This document shows, in pieces, positions 51,816-61,125 of a DNA stretch of 64,000 nt. Position 1 is the first letter of the stretch. Each line of letters begins with the position of its first letter. Under the pieces are notes generated by a model, which had not been told where the DNA came from, did no database searches, and was given only the letters and a program-made list of their open reading frames with translations. The position numbers and the translations under genes were made by a program. Source of the stretch: an uncultured Actinomycetes bacterium (GTDB lineage Bacteria; Actinomycetota; Acidimicrobiia; IMCC26256; DASPTH01); assembly GCA_963827385.1 (NCBI GenBank), contig CAWHAR010000002.1, positions 300,790 through 364,789 of the forward strand, written 5' to 3'.

Positions 51816-51864
51816 GTTTTGGCGTCAGCAGCGCGTGATATCTACGCGTGTGCGACGCCAAAAC
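51816..51864. repeat. 49-bp near-perfect palindrome, copy B (GTTTTGGCGTCAGCAGCGCGTGATATCTACGCGTGTGCGACGCCAAAAC)
   Basis: Lies 12 bp after the stop of the HTH-DUF1080 gene and 28 bp before the GTG of the methyltransferase. Confidence 0.6.
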
Positions 51865-51891
51865 GGATGAGCGACCGATACCCTGCCCGCG

Positions 51892-52669
51892 GTGGAGGTC
51901 GAGGAGTACGCGCGCATCGCGGCGGTCGAAGACGACCACTGGTGGTACCGCAACACGCGTGCACTCGTCGCTGATCTCCTCGCGCCGCGCCTTGGTCGCG
52001 CGCACCGATCTCGTGCTGCTCGACGCCGGGTGCGGACCGGGCGGCAACGGCGCATGGCTCCGCCGTCACGGCCACGTGATCGGTGTCGATCGGTCACCCG
52101 ACGCGTTGGCCTTCGTCCGCGAGCGCCGCCCAGCGGTCCAGCCCGTCCGCGGCGACCTGACCGCGCTGCCGCTGGCGTCGGACCAGGTCGACGTGGCCGT
52201 CGCGATCACGGTGCTCTACGCAGTCGACGACGACTCCGCCGCGATCGCCGAGCTCCACCGAGTGATCGCGCCCGGCGGCTCAGTCGTGCTCGTGGAGCCC
52301 GCGTTCCCGTCGCTGCGACGCGAGCACGACACGACCGTGCACGGAAAGCGCCGCTATCGGCGCCCGGGCCTGCGCTCGCTCGCGACCCGAGCAGGCTTCC
52401 ACGTCGATCGCTGCACCTACGCGTACTCGTTCCTCGCGCCGGCGGCCGCGGGCCTGGCGCTGAAGGATCGCGCCACCTCGACCCATGCGCCCGCCGCGGA
52501 GCTCGATTCCGAGTCCGACGTCGAGCGCCGCACGCTCGACCGGGTGTTCGCACCCCTCGCCGACGCGGAACGGCGAGTGCTGTCGCGCGTCGACCTGCCG
52601 GTCGGCACCTCGGTCGTGCTCCTCGCGACCAAGGAGGCGACCGGCAACATGGCGGTCCAGCGACTGTGA
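51892..52669 (+). CDS. class I SAM-dependent methyltransferase, one frameshift near 52000
   Basis: N-terminus EVEEYARIAAVEDDHWWYRNTRALVADLLAPRL in ORF 51892..52899; remainder (LLDAGCGPGGNGAWL motif I ... to stop) in ORF 51848..52669. Confidence 0.6.
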
Positions 52670-52732
52670 CGCCTGACCGAGTTCACACGACCGGAGTCGC
52701 GTGGGCTCAGCGCCGAGCGACAAGATGTGGGC

Positions 52733-53500
52733 TCAGCGCCGAGCGTCGGGATGCAGGCCGGAGTCGCGTCCCTGGCGGAGCACGACCATCTGCACCCAGA
52801 GACGAGCCAGGTCGAACAGCGTGCGTGCGACGGCGTCGAGGCGGAAGAACTCCGACTTGCCGTAGACACGTCGGTAGTGGTGCACGCCCACTTCGGTGAA
52901 CCGCGCGCCGCTGTCTTGCAGCTTGCGCACCAGTTCGACACAGATGACGCCGGTGGTGTGCTCGAGATGCACCCGGTCGAGCGCGGAGCGCCTGATCAAC
53001 CGGAAGTCGCAGTCGGTGTCGCGGATCTTCAAACCGAAGGCGAACGACACGAATGCGTGGTACACCCGCCCGACGACGCGCCGAGCCATGTTGTCGGCGC
53101 GACGCAACTTGTAGCCCTGCACCACGTCGACGTCGTCGGACGCGTGTTGCACCAGCACCTCGAGCTCGGCCACGTCGAATTGGCCGTCACCGTCGGTGTA
53201 GAAGACCCACTGCTTGGTCGCGGCGCCGAACCCGGACAGCAGCGCACCGCCGTACCCGCGGTTGTGCTCGTGGGTGATGACGCGCAGGATGGGCTGCGTG
53301 GCGACGGCCTTCTTCAGCACTTCGGGCGACTCGTCGCTCGAGCCATCGTCGATCACGATGATCTCGGCGTCGGTCACACCGACACGCTCGAGCGTGGCGG
53401 CGGCGACGTCGACCATCGTGGCGATGGTGGACTCGTCGTTGTAACACGGGAAGAACGCCGAGATCGCGACGACCGCAGGGTTCACGGGAGTGAGCGACAC
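52733..53500 (-). CDS. family 2 glycosyltransferase, polyprenyl-phosphate sugar transferase type (ArnC/DPM1-like)
   Basis: AISAFFPCYNDESTI..IVIDDGSSD..HEHNRGYGGA..DGDGQ (DxD) ..RLIRR; GTG 53500 inside track ORF 52733..53584; overlaps the aminotransferase stop by 19 nt. Confidence 0.8.
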   Translation of the reverse strand: MSLTPVNPAVVAISAFFPCYNDESTIATMVDVAAATLERVGVTDAEIIVIDDGSSDESPEVLKKAVATQPILRVITHEHNRGYGGALLSGFGAATKQWVFYTDGDGQFDVAELEVLVQHASDDVDVVQGYKLRRADNMARRVVGRVYHAFVSFAFGLKIRDTDCDFRLIRRSALDRVHLEHTTGVICVELVRKLQDSGARFTEVGVHHYRRVYGKSEFFRLDAVARTLFDLARLWVQMVVLRQGRDSGLHPDARR

Positions 53501-54507
53501 ACCACCTCGATCTCGTCGTCCGTCATCTCGGGAAAGCACGGAAGGGACACACACTCTGCCGCCCACGCCTCCGATTCCGGGCACCGGGCGGTCACGAACT
53601 GCTGGTAGGCGGGCTGTTGGGTGAGCGTTCGGGGGTAGTGGATCCCGGTGGCGAACGGCATCCGGGCCCGGAACGCGTCACGGTCAGCAACTCTCGCCAC
53701 ACACAGGTGATACACGTGGCGCTCGTGTGGGGCATGCCAACGCATGCCGGGCGCGGCCGCCACATAGCGGGCCACGATGTCGCGTCGGCGTTGGTTGTCG
53801 GCATCGAGCAGCGGGAGTCCGACCCGAAGCGCCGCGGCCGAGACCTCTGACAACCGTGCGTTGGTGGCGATGCGCGTGTGGACGTAACCGTCGGTGAGGC
53901 CGTGTGCGCGCGACAGACGGATGGACGCCGCGAGGTCGTCGTCGTCGGTGAGCACGGCACCGCCGTCAGCGATGCCGCCGAGGTTCTTGGTCGGGTAGAA
54001 GCTGCATGCCACCGCGGCCGAACCAGCGTTGGCGTCGAGCGCGCCGAACGCCTGGGCAGCGTCCTCCAGCACCGGAACGCCGAGGTCGGGAAGCAGCGCG
54101 GGTCGCCCGTAGAGATGCACCGGGATCACCGCACGCGTGCGACCGGTGACGGCACGCGCCGCGGCGTCGACGTCGATGGCCGCGGTGTCGGCATCGACAT
54201 CGACGAACACCGGCGTCGCGCCGGTGGCGCACACCGCCGCCGCGGTGGGAACCGCGGTGAACGCGGGCACGATCACCTCATGACCGACGCCGACACCGAG
54301 GGCGAGCAACGAGAGACGCAACGCGTCGGTGCCCGACGCCACGCCGATGGCGTGCCGGCGGCCGCTGTACTGCGCCAGCTCCGCTTCGAACGCCTCGAGC
54401 TCGGGACCCAGCAGGTAGTTGCCCGACGCGATCACCCGCGTGACCGCGACCGACAGGTCAGGCTCGAGTCGCGCCGCGCGGCGAGCCAGGTCGACGACGG
54501 GGATCAC
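53482..54507 (-). CDS. DegT/DnrJ/EryC1/StrS family PLP-dependent sugar aminotransferase (ArnB-like)
   Basis: VIPVVDLARR...GNYLLGPELEAFEAELAQYSG...HAIGVASGTDAL...FYPTKNLGGIADGGAV; start GTG 54507 chosen because the upstream part of track ORF 53482..54609 overlaps the epimerase gene. Confidence 0.85.
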   Translation of the reverse strand: MIPVVDLARRAARLEPDLSVAVTRVIASGNYLLGPELEAFEAELAQYSGRRHAIGVASGTDALRLSLLALGVGVGHEVIVPAFTAVPTAAAVCATGATPVFVDVDADTAAIDVDAAARAVTGRTRAVIPVHLYGRPALLPDLGVPVLEDAAQAFGALDANAGSAAVACSFYPTKNLGGIADGGAVLTDDDDLAASIRLSRAHGLTDGYVHTRIATNARLSEVSAAALRVGLPLLDADNQRRRDIVARYVAAAPGMRWHAPHERHVYHLCVARVADRDAFRARMPFATGIHYPRTLTQQPAYQQFVTARCPESEAWAAECVSLPCFPEMTDDEIEVVCRSLP

Positions 54508-54527
54508 GGAGTGGTCCACCGCGCTGG

Positions 54528-55550
54528 TCACCGATACCACGTCGGTCGCGCGCGATCGAACGCGACCGTACGCTCGATGCCCTCCCGGAACGTGGTGCGT
54601 GGCTGCCACGCCAACACGCGCTTCGCCTTCGACGAGTCGCCGAAATAGGACCCGATGTCGATGGCATCGCGATCAGCCGGCCACTCGACGAAGTCGACCC
54701 GCCCCGCGCCCGCGGCGCGCACCACTTCGTCAGCGATCACCCGCAACTCGAGATGCTCGTCGTTGCCGACGTTGAAGATCTCCCCCACCGCGTCGGGGGT
54801 GGTGGCCGCGAGCATGAGACATTCGATCACATCGTCGACGTAGAGGCAGTCGCGTTGCTGCGAACCATCGCCGAACACCGTGATCGGTTGGTCCTCGAGC
54901 GCGAGGCGCACGAAGATCGGCAGGAACCCCTGCAGGCCGTCGCGCAGCCGCTGGCGCGGGCCGAACACATTGGTGAGGCGCACCGCGCTGGAACGAAGCC
55001 CATAGACCTCGTGGTACAGGAGGTGCAGCTGCTCGGTCGCGTACTTGGTGATGCCGTTGACGTCGACCGGGTTCACCGGGTGCTCTTCGTCGACGGGCAA
55101 GTACCGAGGCTTGCCGAAGATCTGGCGGGTCGAGGTGAAGACCACCGTGGCCGTCGCGTTCTCCTTGCGCAAGAGCTCGAGGAACGCGAACTGACCGGTG
55201 GTGTTCGAGGCCAGATCGAAGAGCGGGTCGTCCATCGAATCGACGTGACTCACCTGCCCGGCGAGGTTGAACACGACCTCGGCCGCGATCGCCGCTTCGC
55301 GCACGCGCGGGTCGTCGACGTCGCCGACGCCCGCTTCGATCACCGTGATGCGCGCGTCGGGTTCGTCGCCGGCGCCCGGCCCGGGATCAGGCACGAGGTT
55401 GTGCGGATCGGATCCGTGTCGAGGTACACGCGAATCGAGCACCGTGACGTGCGCGCCCGCGGCGACGAGCGCGAGCGCGAGGTTGGATCCGATGAAACCC
55501 AGGCCGCCGGTGACAAGACACCGCCGCCCGGCCAACGAGTCGACGGGCAC
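54528..55550 (-). CDS. NAD-dependent epimerase/dehydratase family protein (sugar-nucleotide 4,6-dehydratase / 4-epimerase type)
   Basis: 340 aa intact; CLVTGGLGFIGSNL Rossmann motif, extended-SDR architecture. Confidence 0.85.
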   Translation of the reverse strand: MPVDSLAGRRCLVTGGLGFIGSNLALALVAAGAHVTVLDSRVPRHGSDPHNLVPDPGPGAGDEPDARITVIEAGVGDVDDPRVREAAIAAEVVFNLAGQVSHVDSMDDPLFDLASNTTGQFAFLELLRKENATATVVFTSTRQIFGKPRYLPVDEEHPVNPVDVNGITKYATEQLHLLYHEVYGLRSSAVRLTNVFGPRQRLRDGLQGFLPIFVRLALEDQPITVFGDGSQQRDCLYVDDVIECLMLAATTPDAVGEIFNVGNDEHLELRVIADEVVRAAGAGRVDFVEWPADRDAIDIGSYFGDSSKAKRVLAWQPRTTFREGIERTVAFDRARPTWYR

Positions 55551-55587
55551 GGGATTCAGAGGCCGGTCAGCTTAGGCGGTTCGACCA

Positions 55588-56415
55588 TCACGACTCTGGG
55601 CACGGTTCCGGGCCCGACTCCGGGAGCGCGCGCGCCGCGTCGTGGGTGACACGCGTCTCGAGACGCGCCGACATGCGCACCTCGCCACCGATGACCAACC
55701 ACACCGAGAGCTCGGCTTCCTCATCGCCCGTGTCTGTCACCTCGGTGACGAGCTCGACGGCGTCGCCGCGCTCGACCGCCCCGCGGAACTCCATCTCGGC
55801 ACGGACCGCCTTGTGCTTGGGGAGGCGCGCCGCAAGTTCGTCTTCGACGGCTTCGAGGTAGCGAGCATTGTTGACGTGGTCGAGCAGGTCGAAGTCGCTC
55901 TCGCGCAGCTGCCACGGCCGTACCGACGCATCGGCAGTCGGACGACGGTGGCTGAGTCGTCCGCTCACCCGTCGGCCCTTGGCGGCCGCGCCGTAGATGG
56001 TGAAGAAGTCGTCGCCCAGGTTGAGCGGGCGACCGCCGGCCCGATCGATGAAGACCCAGATCGCCACCGTGCGGGCGAGCAACGTGCCGTCACGAGCGGT
56101 GACATCGGTCCGGCGCTCGGCCCAGGCCGGCCCCCACCCGCTGCAGAAGGTCGCCAGCTCGACGTCGTCGTTGAACAGGGGCACGGTCACGATGTCGACG
56201 GCCAGGCGCCGCAGTACCCACGTTCCCCCGAGCTGTTCGGCGAGGCCGCCGTCGAGGGCATCATCGGTGGCGATGTCTTGCAGGAAGCGGGCCAGGGCTT
56301 CCAGACGCAGCTCGCCCGTGCCGTCGACATCGCCCAGATGCGCCCGGCGCGACGCCCGGTAGACCCTGCTGTTCTTCGGTGAATCAACGAATTCGTGATC
56401 GAACACCGCGCTCAT
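55588..56415 (-). CDS. acyl-ACP thioesterase
   Basis: Downstream 275 aa of track ORF 55588..56871 from ATG 56415; two hot-dog halves (..LGDVDGTGELRLEALARFLQDIA.., ..DFDLLDHVNNARYLEAVEDELA..). Confidence 0.7.
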   Translation of the reverse strand: MSAVFDHEFVDSPKNSRVYRASRRAHLGDVDGTGELRLEALARFLQDIATDDALDGGLAEQLGGTWVLRRLAVDIVTVPLFNDDVELATFCSGWGPAWAERRTDVTARDGTLLARTVAIWVFIDRAGGRPLNLGDDFFTIYGAAAKGRRVSGRLSHRRPTADASVRPWQLRESDFDLLDHVNNARYLEAVEDELAARLPKHKAVRAEMEFRGAVERGDAVELVTEVTDTGDEEAELSVWLVIGGEVRMSARLETRVTHDAARALPESGPEPCPES

Positions 56416-56550
56416 CCCCGGCCCTCGACGTGCCGATGCATTTCCTGGAGGCGCAGCCCGCGCCGAAGCGGTCCCACGGCAACATGGTCGCGCAGGCGTC
56501 GCCTCGCCGTCGCCATCAGGCCCAGAACCGTGCCGGTCGGGCTGCCGGCA

Positions 56551-58843
56551 GTGGCAGACGAAGGGCGCGGAGGGACAGTGGCACGGATCCTCGACCGACT
56601 CGGGCGACGCGCGGTGCGGCATCGGTGGTGGTTCATCGCGGCATGGGTCGCGGTGATCATCGGTGCCATCGTGCTCGCAGCCAGCCTCGGCGGCACGACC
56701 GTGGACACCTTCAAGATCCCCGGCGCGCAGTCGCAGCAAGCGCTCGACCTGCTCAGCCAGAAGTTCTCGTCCCAGTCGGGCTCGAGCGCCACCATCGTGT
56801 TCGACGCGCCGTCGGGCGTCGACGACGCATCCGTGGAACCTGCGATCCAGCAGAGCATCACGCAGTTGCAAGCGATCGACGGCGTCACCAGCGTGTCCGA
56901 CCCGTACGGTCCCCTCGCCGCACTCATCGTCTCAGATCGTGGCCCCACCAAGGGCCAACTCGCGATGGTCACCGTGCAGTTCGCCGACCAGGTGCAACAA
57001 CTCCCGAAGAACGTCTTCCAGGAGCTCGAGACCGCAGTGGCACCTGCGGTCAGCGCCGGCGTGCGCGTCGAGTACGGCGGCGCGGTCACCGACTTCGCCG
57101 ATCGACCACCGGCTTCGAATGCTGATCTCATCGGACTGCTCGCGGCCGTCGTGATCCTGCTGCTCGCGTTCGGTTCCGTCGTCGCGATGGGTCTGCCGAT
57201 CCTGACCGCGCTCGTCGGACTCGGCGTCGGCCTCACCTTCATCAGCATCGTGTCCGCGTTCACCGACATCGGCACGCTCGCACCCACCCTCGCCACCATG
57301 ATCGGCCTCGGCGTCGGCATCGACTACTCGCTGTTCATCGTCACCCGATTCCGCGAGGGGCTCGCGACCGGGTTGAGCGTCGAGGAAGCGGTCGGACGTT
57401 CCGTGTCGACGGCCGGTTCCGCCGTGCTGTTCGCCGGGTGCACCGTGGTGATCGCGATCTGCGGTCTGGCCATCTCGGGGATCCCCTACGTCGCGCGCCT
57501 CGGATACATGTCGGGGATGGTCGTCGCAGTGATGATGGCCGCCGCGCTCACGCTGCTCCCCGCGATCATCGGCGTCGATCGGCCACCGCATCGACAAGTG
57601 GCAGGTGCCGCGGTTCGGTCACCGGCGCTCGGGCTCGACGGCACCGGGCGCCGCGTCGTCGAACTCTTCGATCTGGGCACGATGGGCACGCATGGTGGCG
57701 CGTCACGCATGGGTGTTCGCGATCCTTGCCACCGCGATCCTCGTCACCCTGGCCTGGCCGTTGATCAGCATGCGGCTCGGCCAGTCCGACGACGGCAACC
57801 TCCCGTCGTCGACGACGCAACGCCAGGCCTACGACCTGATCGCCGAAGGTTTCGGACCGGGCACCAACGGACCGTTGCTCGTGGTCGTGGATCTCCCGGC
57901 GGCCGGTGACACCGCGGCCGACACGAACGCGCTCACGACGATCTCGGCAGCGCTCGCGAAGACGCCCGGCATCGACCGCGTGCTCCCGCCGCAGCTCAAC
58001 TCCCCCGCCGACGACGTGGCGCTCATCGCCGTGTTCCCCGACGGCGCCCCGGACAGTGCAGCCACCGCGTCGCTGGTGAACACGCTGCGCGACGACGTGC
58101 TGCCGGCCGCCGTCGGCACGAGTGGCGCACAAGCGTTCGTCGGCGGTCAGACCGCCGAGTACATCGACATCGGCAACCAGATCAAGTCACGACTCCCGTA
58201 CTTCATCGGTGCTGTCGTGCTGATGTCGTTCCTGTTGTTGATGCTCGTGTTCCACTCGGTGCTCGTGCCGCTCACCGCCGCGCTGATGAACCTGCTGTCG
58301 GTCGGGGCGGCGTACGGCGCGATCGTCGCTGTGTTCCAGTGGGGGTGGGGCAAGGATCTCATCGGGCTCGAGAGCGTCGTGCCCATCGTGTCGTTCGTGC
58401 CGATGATGATGTTCGCGGTGTTGTTCGGCCTGTCGATGGACTACCAGGTGTTCCTGCTCACGCGGGTGCGCGAGGAGTACGACGCGACCGGCGACACGCG
58501 GGAAGCCGTCGTACTCGGGCTCACGCGCACCGCACGTGTGATCACGTCAGCCGCGCTCATCATGATCTTCGTGTTCGGCGCGTTCGTGTTGAACATGTCG
58601 GCCGAGGTGAAGATGTTCGGTCTTGGCCTGGCGTTCGCGGTGTTCGTCGACGCGACCATCGTGCGCATGATGCTCGTGCCGTCGATCATGGAGCTCCTCG
58701 GTGACGCCAACTGGTGGTTCCCGAAGTGGCTCAGCTGGTTGCCACGCATCGACATCGAGGGCAGCGAGACGCAGGCCGCGGCACCCGACGGCGACGGGGT
58801 CAGCCCAGAAGCTCCAGCACTCGTTCACTCGGGCGGGCAATGA
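56551..58843 (+). CDS. MMPL family RND-type transporter, at least two frameshifts (about 57590 and 57690)
   Basis: ARILDRLGRRAVRHRWWFIAAWVAVIIGAIVLAAS N-terminus; periplasmic domain 1; TM bundle with GLGVGIDYSLFIVTRFRE in ORF 56395..57909; second half incl. MDYQVFLLTRVREE in ORF 57605..58843; start GTG 56530, 56551 or 56578. Confidence 0.75.
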
Positions 58844-59177
58844 CGGCCTCGTCGCCGACGAACACCACCGGGCGTTCCATGAGCTCGGGGTGCTCGAGCA
58901 ACAAGGCCACCACGTCGTCTTTCGACTCGTAGGCGGCCGCATCGAGCCCGAGCTCGGCGAACCGCTTGTCCTTGCGCACGAGCGCAGCCGGCGGGTCGGA
59001 GATCGCGTCGACGATGCGCTCGAGATCGGAGCGGGTCGGATGCACCTTCATGTACTCGACGACCTCGGGCTCGAGGCCGCGGCCGTCGAGGATCTCCAAC
59101 GCGCCGCGCGACTTGCTGCACACGGGGTTGTGGTACACGAGGACGGATTCGGAGTCGGTGGATTCGATGCCAGTCAT
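58800..59177 (-). CDS. ArsC/Spx/MgsR family protein (thioredoxin-fold)
   Basis: LVYHNPVCSKSRGALEIL CxxS/CxxC-type N-terminal motif; start at internal Met 59177 of ORF 58800..59234. Confidence 0.7.
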   Translation of the reverse strand: MTGIESTDSESVLVYHNPVCSKSRGALEILDGRGLEPEVVEYMKVHPTRSDLERIVDAISDPPAALVRKDKRFAELGLDAAAYESKDDVVALLLEHPELMERPVVFVGDEAVIARPSERVLELLG

Positions 59178-59258
59178 GGCGCGGACCTTATGTTGTCGCT
59201 CGCCTGTTCTTCTGTCGTTCGGCACTGAGCCCACGCGGCTCTCGTCGTCGCGATCCGC

Positions 59259-59948
59259 TCAGGCGTCCGGGATTCCCGTCCACAACGTTGGAAGCGGGAG
59301 GGTCAGCGCTCGACGAACGCGCTCGCCGTACTCCTGACGCGAGACGTCGACGGCGCCGAGTGACGCGAGGTGCGGCGTCGTCCACTGCACGTCGAGCAGC
59401 CGCGTGTTGGTGTCGCCGTCGTCGCGCAGCACGTCGACGAGGCCGACCACCGCGACCTTCGAGGCGTCGGTCGCCCGATGGAACTTCGACTCGGCCGCGA
59501 ACAGACCACCGATCGCGACGCCGTACAGGCCGCCGACCAACGCGTCGTCGGTGTCCCACACCTCGATGCTGTGCGCCCAGCCGAGGCGATGCAACTCGGC
59601 GTAGGCCTGCGCGAACTCGTGGTCGATCCATCCGTGGGGTCGCGACGGATCGGCGCACCCCGCCACGACGCCATCGAATTCCTGGTCGACGGTGACGCGG
59701 TAGCGCCGGCACGAGCGGCGCAGGCTGCGGCTCACGTGCAACCCGTCGAGCGGGATCACGCCACGGGGTTCGGGCGACCACCACCCAATGGGACCGCCGG
59801 CGTGCAGCCGCATCGGGAACAGGCCCCGGCGGTAGGCGTCGAGGAGTGTGCCCGGGGCCAGGTCGGCGCCCACCCCCGCCACTTCGAGGTCGCCGACGAC
59901 GTCGGCGTCGGGCAGCGCAAAACGGCTGGGCGGAGGCTCGATCGGCAC
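59259..59948 (-). CDS. aat: leucyl/phenylalanyl-tRNA--protein transferase
   Basis: 229 aa intact; LLDAYRRGLFPM ... WWSPEPRGV ... GGLYGVAIGGLFAAESKFHRATDASKVA typical of Aat. Confidence 0.85.
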   Translation of the reverse strand: MPIEPPPSRFALPDADVVGDLEVAGVGADLAPGTLLDAYRRGLFPMRLHAGGPIGWWSPEPRGVIPLDGLHVSRSLRRSCRRYRVTVDQEFDGVVAGCADPSRPHGWIDHEFAQAYAELHRLGWAHSIEVWDTDDALVGGLYGVAIGGLFAAESKFHRATDASKVAVVGLVDVLRDDGDTNTRLLDVQWTTPHLASLGAVDVSRQEYGERVRRALTLPLPTLWTGIPDA

Positions 59949-60083
59949 CCCCGCAACCCTACGTGAGCCTGGGATCGGGGCTACTCGAGCACCGCGGGCG
60001 CCCCGGGCGACATCGACAGGGACCCGCTCTCAGTGCGTGCGGGGTCTGGGCGACACCACTAGCGTGATCCGATCCCTTTCTGC

Positions 60084-61125
60084 ATGCCTGACTCTTCGCG
60101 CCCTGGCGCAGCCCGCTCGCCGTTCGGCCGCCCGATCCGCGTCCTCCTCGTGGTCGCGGCGATTGCGGCGACCGCCGCGCTCGGGAGCCCCGTCGGCACA
60201 CGCGCAGACCGCGACCGCCAACACCGCGACGAGCGCCGACGCGTCAGTGGCGTCGTTGCGGGCCGACGCCGATGCGATCGCCAGCCGCTACTTCGCGGCG
60301 CTCACCAAGGCCCAGGAGCTCGACGCCCAGATCTCACAGAACGAAGCGGTGGTGGCCGACCTCGAAGCGCAGGCGACCCGCGGTCGGGTCGCGGCCCGCG
60401 ACCGTGCGGTGATCGCGTATCAGCAGTCGGGGTCACGCCTCGCGGCAATGGTCGATGGCGCCGACGTCCTCGAGGCGGCGCGACGGGCACGGATCATCAA
60501 CCAGGTCAATCAGCACGACCAGAACACCTTCACCCGACTCCAGAACGTGACCCACGACCTCCAGCAACAGCGACACGAGCTCGAAGCCACGCGGTCGGCC
60601 CACGACGATGCGCTGGCCACCTTGCAGACCCAGGCCGCCGCGATCGACGCCAAGCTCGCCGAGGCCGCCCGTCGCGAGGACGCCCAGCGCGCGGCTGCGG
60701 CCGCGACGGCAGCCGCGGCCACCGCCGCGAGCTCGACGCCCTCGACTGCACCCACCGTCGCGTCGCCCGCCACACCAGCCACCACGCCGACGACTGCGCC
60801 GCCGAGCACGACCCTCCCGCCCTCGCCGCCACCCCCGCCCGACTACTCGGGCACGCCGGGGACGCATCCCCATCACGACGATCCGTTCCTCTCGTGCGTC
60901 CGTCAACGTGAGAGCGGCGGCAACTACGGCGCGGTCAGCTCGTCGGGTGCGTACCGGGGCGCGTACCAGTTCTCACAGGCGACGTGGAACGCCACGGCCA
61001 ACCACGCGCGACGCACCGAGCTGATCGGCGTTCCGCCGAACGTCGCGTCCCCGTACGACCAAGACGACATGGCGTGGACGCTGTACCAGTGGCAGGGCGC
61101 CGGCCCGTGGGGCGGCTCCTGCTAG
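60084..61125 (+). CDS. secreted coiled-coil protein with C-terminal transglycosylase-like (Rpf-like, lysozyme-fold) domain, one frameshift near 60200
   Basis: Signal peptide MPDSSRPGAARSPFGRPIRVLLVVAAIAATAALGSPVGT (ORF 60084..60911); rest in ORF 59848..61125: coiled coil, Ala/Thr/Pro linker, CVRQRESGGNYGAVSSSGAYRGAYQFSQATWN. Confidence 0.65.

Noticed and set aside
51867-51869. ATG at 51867 (MSDRYP...), directly after palindrome B, as the methyltransferase start.
   Set aside because: It is in a third reading frame relative to the methyltransferase body, so it would need two frame changes. The GTG at 51892 needs only one.
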